From assembly GCA_048884965.1 (NCBI GenBank), contig JBHLQH010000002.1:67943-98138 (forward strand): a stretch of DNA of 30,196 bases, written 5' to 3'. Position 1 is the stretch's first letter, and each line of letters opens with the position of its first letter. This DNA is from Candidatus Thorarchaeota archaeon. GTDB lineage: Archaea > Asgardarchaeota > Thorarchaeia > Thorarchaeales > Thorarchaeaceae. The position numbers and the translations under genes were made by a program. This document shows, piece by piece, positions 26,414 to 30,196 of the stretch. Below the pieces are notes generated by a model. The model made no database searches. It had not been told where the DNA came from and was given only the letters and a program-made list of their open reading frames with translations.

Positions 26414-27724
26414 TTGTCAACGGCAGAGAGAACCCTGCAAGGATTGCTTGTAGTAGTTATGATTATGCAGCTATTCTTGGTAATCGCTGTGCACAGTTCA
26501 ACTGTTTCATACTCAAATACAGACCAGCAGATACTCGCTCAATCATACACTGACCACGACTTCATAGCAATCCTCGGAAATGCCGACCTACTCTCTCAAG
26601 CAGCTCTTGAAGATTGGGATGGAACAGGTACTTCTGAAGATCCAATCATCATCACAGGCTATCGAATTGTCGATAATCGGCATCTCTTTCGAATAGTCAA
26701 TACAGACCTTCATTTTAGATTCGAGTACAATCTGCTTGATGGCATCAATGGCGATTGGTGTGGATTGTACCTGGCGAATGTCACAAATGGTGTAGTTGCT
26801 AATAATATTGTACAAAACTCCGCAATTGCTCTTCACATGGTTCAAATCTATAATTGTTCACTTGTTGATAATGACATTCATGACAATTATGTTGATGGGA
26901 TTGTCCTGGAACTCCCTTGTACAGGGAACAATGTAACTGGAAATCATATCTATGACAATGCAGAATGTGGTATCATTCTAGACTATGGATGTCAAGACAA
27001 CATTGTTGCCGACAACGAAATTCATGACAACGGGGATACAGGCATCTTCCTTTGGCAGTTCTCGTCTGATCAAATAATCACAAACAATTTCATCATCCGA
27101 AACCATATAGTACGACATCCTGTTGGTATGACTATCCAAGGTGAGCAGAATTTCATTCTCAACAATACTATCGAGGAGTCAAGCAGAACAGGCATTCTTT
27201 GTGATGGACAGGGTAATACCATCAGGGAGAATATCATAACAAGGGGAAGACGGGATGGAATTAGCCTTTATTCATATGCCAGTGAGAATTTCATTGTTCT
27301 AAACTCGATATCGAATAACACCAAGGCAGGATTAAAAATCGCCTCAACATCCTCAAGCAATAAGATTCGTCATAACGACTTCCTTGGAAATAATGAAACC
27401 CTACAAGTATACGATGATGGGACGAATAACGAGATTGAGATGAACTATTACAGTAACTGGAATTCTCCTGACAATGATCATGATAACTTCGTGGATTTTG
27501 AATACCCAGTCAGTGGACATGCGAATAACACAGATGCATTCCCATATCTTGAACCCAATGTGCCATATCTGGAACCTTGGTACACCTATACAGAAGCACT
27601 GGCAACGCCCTCATCTAGTACCTCACAAGAAGCGGGAGACGCAGCTCTTTTGTTCCTGTTGCCAGTTACGGGAATCGTACTCCTGATTGTAATCGGCGTC
27701 GTCTTCCCGAAAATGAAGAGATGA
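26414..27724 (+). CDS. Surface right-handed beta-helix protein 2
   Basis: WDGTGTSEDPIII, N.I.DN..GI repeats, D.D.D.FVD..Y, D.FP, TM + KMKR. Confidence 0.85.
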   Translation: MSTAERTLQGLLVVVMIMQLFLVIAVHSSTVSYSNTDQQILAQSYTDHDFIAILGNADLLSQAALEDWDGTGTSEDPIIITGYRIVDNRHLFRIVNTDLHFRFEYNLLDGINGDWCGLYLANVTNGVVANNIVQNSAIALHMVQIYNCSLVDNDIHDNYVDGIVLELPCTGNNVTGNHIYDNAECGIILDYGCQDNIVADNEIHDNGDTGIFLWQFSSDQIITNNFIIRNHIVRHPVGMTIQGEQNFILNNTIEESSRTGILCDGQGNTIRENIITRGRRDGISLYSYASENFIVLNSISNNTKAGLKIASTSSSNKIRHNDFLGNNETLQVYDDGTNNEIEMNYYSNWNSPDNDHDNFVDFEYPVSGHANNTDAFPYLEPNVPYLEPWYTYTEALATPSSSTSQEAGDAALLFLLPVTGIVLLIVIGVVFPKMKR

Positions 27725-27797
27725 TAGCCTAGATTCCACCCCGTCCCTATTTTGCTGAGTTCTTCTATTTTATATACGATTCCAATTAATGAAATAG

Positions 27798-27839
27798 TGA
27801 TTTCTATGAATTGAAATCATAATTCCAAAAAATGGAATT
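27798..27839. promoter_or_regulatory. Two adjacent inverted repeats upstream of beta-helix gene 3
   Basis: TGATTTC-N8-GAAATCA and AATTCCA-N5-TGGAATT. Confidence 0.3.
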
Positions 27840-27853
27840 GATAGGTGATAGAG

Positions 27854-29149
27854 ATGTGGAGATCAAGAAATCAACAACTCGAATTGATTGGAATACTGAT
27901 TGTGGGACTACTCCTAGTTGGAGCAGGAGCGTATATGGGGATGCCTACGGGGAATAGAGCAGTCACACATCAAGGTAAGATGTACATAAATTCTCAAAGC
28001 TATGTGGAACATGAGAATATCTTCACCCAAAGTGATGCTGAGCTTTTGGCCCTAGCAGAGGATGAAGGATGGGAAGGTACGGGGACAGTAGAGGACCCAA
28101 TTATAATTTCAGGATATAGTTTCTATGCAGAGCCAACTCAACCAGTAAGGATATGGAATACGGACCTACACTGGGTTTTTGCAAATAATTTGGTCAGAAC
28201 AAGTGGAGTGATGTGTGGATTCTACTTAACACAGACTACAGCTGGTATCATTCGAGAAAATGTGTTCCAAGGATGCCACAGCGCAATTGCAATGATAAAC
28301 TGTGGGAATATAATCATCGAAAACAACACATTCCTAAGCAACATAGGAAATGGTGTCGATCAAGAAGCGGCTCTCACAAATGCTACTATCAGATACAACG
28401 AATTCTGGAACCATGGAGCAGATGCAATCTCTCTAGAAGACACTAATTCTGTGGATATCTATGGAAATTACATCAATGGTGCCCAGTATGATGGCATCGA
28501 TACTCAGAATGGACACGATATTCTCATTGAGGATAACATAATCTTGGGTACTAGAATGGGCATTCGAATAGGAAGGCGCTCAACAGACATTCATGTTGTC
28601 GATAATCTCGTAAGGAACATCACACATCATGGGATTAACTGCAATGGTGACTCAAATCTAATCGAAAATAACGTCTTGAGGGACATAGGTATCAACGGCA
28701 TCATCTTCTCAGGATCAGAAGGATTGAATGCAGAAGAAAATGTCGTGACCTCGAATACGTTCATCAATTGCACAAGTTATGCGATTCAAATCGAAGAGGT
28801 GGTCATTAATACAGTCATCACTTCTAATGACTTCTTTGAAACAGGTCAGGAATGCCATATCTGCGATAGCTCAAATGATGCAACTATAGAGAGTAATTTC
28901 TATGATACTTGGACTTCGCCTGATGTTAATGGAGATTCGATCGTTGATAATCCATATGAGATTGCAGGTTCTATTGGAAACATGGATGCTTCACCAAAAG
29001 CATCGCCAATAAATCAACTACCAACAGACTATGAGTATACTCCAATAGTAACTGTGCAGGATGAGTTGCCACTGTTTGAGCTTGCACTAATTAGTGGCAT
29101 TGGAATCACTGTGTGTTTGATCGTAGTGATAATGATCAAACGGAGATAG
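27854..29149 (+). CDS. Surface right-handed beta-helix protein 3
   Basis: GGTGA RBS; EGWEGTGTVEDPIII, beta-helix repeats, DVNGDSIVDNPY, TM + IKRR. Confidence 0.85.
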   Translation: MWRSRNQQLELIGILIVGLLLVGAGAYMGMPTGNRAVTHQGKMYINSQSYVEHENIFTQSDAELLALAEDEGWEGTGTVEDPIIISGYSFYAEPTQPVRIWNTDLHWVFANNLVRTSGVMCGFYLTQTTAGIIRENVFQGCHSAIAMINCGNIIIENNTFLSNIGNGVDQEAALTNATIRYNEFWNHGADAISLEDTNSVDIYGNYINGAQYDGIDTQNGHDILIEDNIILGTRMGIRIGRRSTDIHVVDNLVRNITHHGINCNGDSNLIENNVLRDIGINGIIFSGSEGLNAEENVVTSNTFINCTSYAIQIEEVVINTVITSNDFFETGQECHICDSSNDATIESNFYDTWTSPDVNGDSIVDNPYEIAGSIGNMDASPKASPINQLPTDYEYTPIVTVQDELPLFELALISGIGITVCLIVVIMIKRR

Positions 29150-29197
29150 TCTTCATCTATAGTGCAAGCTGAGAGTTTACCAAACTTACTTCAAGCT

Positions 29198-29227
29198 GGA
29201 GGGGCATGTCCCCTCCGTCCCTATTTT
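29198..29227 (+). terminator. Hairpin plus T-run after beta-helix gene 3
   Basis: GGAGGGG-CATGT-CCCCTCC then GTCCCTATTTT. Confidence 0.55.
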
Positions 29228-29416
29228 CGACCAATTGTGTTCTCTGACCATCTAGTCCACATCTGACCGTTGCTGAGGTGCGTCATGTTATATATTGAAT
29301 GAAGTATATCTTCGATACTTCAGCTCATAGGAATCAAATTTGGCAGTGTGACTATGGCATAGGTGAATCCAGTTAGGAGGATTCTGATACGTTGGGTTAG
29401 GAGGGAGATAGAGAGT

Positions 29417-30196
29417 ATGAGAGATAGATTAAGCATTAGTAGGATTTGCAGTATCCTTATTCTAGTAACGTTACTGTTGAGTACGACCAGTATAGTCACA
29501 GGAACCATGAGCTCTGAAAACAATAGCATTGGGCGGAGTGAGTTCAGCATTTCGCAAGAGTATACTCCGCATGAGAATATCTGGATCAAAAGTGACAGCG
29601 AATTGCTGACTCTGGCCGCGAATGAAGGATGGGTAGGTACAGGTACGAAGGAAAACCCCATCATCATCGAGGGCTACAGCTTCTTCGATACGGAGATGCA
29701 GCCAGTAAGATTCTGGGACACAACACTCCATTGGATATTCAGGAGCAATCGGGTTTCAACCGCCACTGAATGGTGTGGAATATGGGCACTTCGAACCCAG
29801 AATGGTATCGTTTCCAACAATACATTTGATGCATGTCATAGTGGTGCATACCTCGAACATGTCCAGGGAATGATAATTGAGAACAATACCTTCCAGCATA
29901 ATACAGGGAGTGGAGTCGATGGTGATAATCCAGTATCGGACCTAATCATTAGAAACAATGAGATCTATGATCAAAATGTGGATGGTATCATCTTCAAATA
30001 TCCTGCAACGAATGTGACCATCATCAACAACTACATTCATGACAATACATACGACACTATAGATATTCAGTTTGGGGAGGATATCACAATCCAGGACAAT
30101 GTCATGAAGAATCATAGATATGGTATCAAGATCGGCAATACTGTGACTGGATGTATCGTTGAAGAAAACACGATTCAAAATATTCTCAATAGTGGC
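29417..30196 (+). CDS. Surface right-handed beta-helix protein 4 (truncated by window end)
   Basis: Not in the ORF track; ATG 29417 reads MRDRLSISRICSILILVTLLL...SQEYTPHENIWIKSDSELLTLAANEGWVGTGTKENPIIIEGY, paralogous to gene 3. Confidence 0.85.
   Translation, partial: MRDRLSISRICSILILVTLLLSTTSIVTGTMSSENNSIGRSEFSISQEYTPHENIWIKSDSELLTLAANEGWVGTGTKENPIIIEGYSFFDTEMQPVRFWDTTLHWIFRSNRVSTATEWCGIWALRTQNGIVSNNTFDACHSGAYLEHVQGMIIENNTFQHNTGSGVDGDNPVSDLIIRNNEIYDQNVDGIIFKYPATNVTIINNYIHDNTYDTIDIQFGEDITIQDNVMKNHRYGIKIGNTVTGCIVEENTIQNILNSG

Noticed and set aside
1-30196. CRISPR array, transposase/IS, selenocysteine readthrough
   Set aside because: No regularly spaced repeats or transposase motifs seen; redox motifs inspected use Cys codons with no in-frame TGA

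Overview
A gene-dense archaeal chromosomal region, most likely from an Asgard archaeon (Thorarchaeota-like). This is inferred from a single-domain gelsolin, a Rab-like GTPase, archaeal LplA/GGR/IorAB genes and GGTGA/GGAGG ribosome-binding sites; no rRNA marker is present. Metabolic genes: lipoate-protein ligase plus a CMD/AhpD-like protein, Zn-dependent dehydrogenase, membrane-anchored metallophosphoesterase, acyltransferase, ThrRS editing domain, geranylgeranyl reductase, DHH phosphoesterase, iorAB, a NitT/TauT-type ABC transporter and four tandem surface beta-helix proteins. Most notable observations: (1) four paralogous TrmB-like regulators (wHTH, coiled coil, degenerate PLD-like domain) interrupted by two apparently homologous minus-strand three-hairpin RNA elements that share a GCYA-N4-GGCAUG..CGGA..UGGC core; (2) a 7-bladed FG-GAP/BBS2-7-like propeller + Ig-like sandwich + acidic linker + Rab-like GTPase fusion; (3) a ~200-nt structured leader with mutually exclusive RBS-sequestering pairings, a riboswitch-like candidate; (4) an SF2 helicase with degenerate ATPase motifs converging on a PUR/PC4-like repeat protein. 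No tRNA, rRNA, CRISPR array or transposase was recognised. All family assignments come from motif recognition by eye, not database searches.
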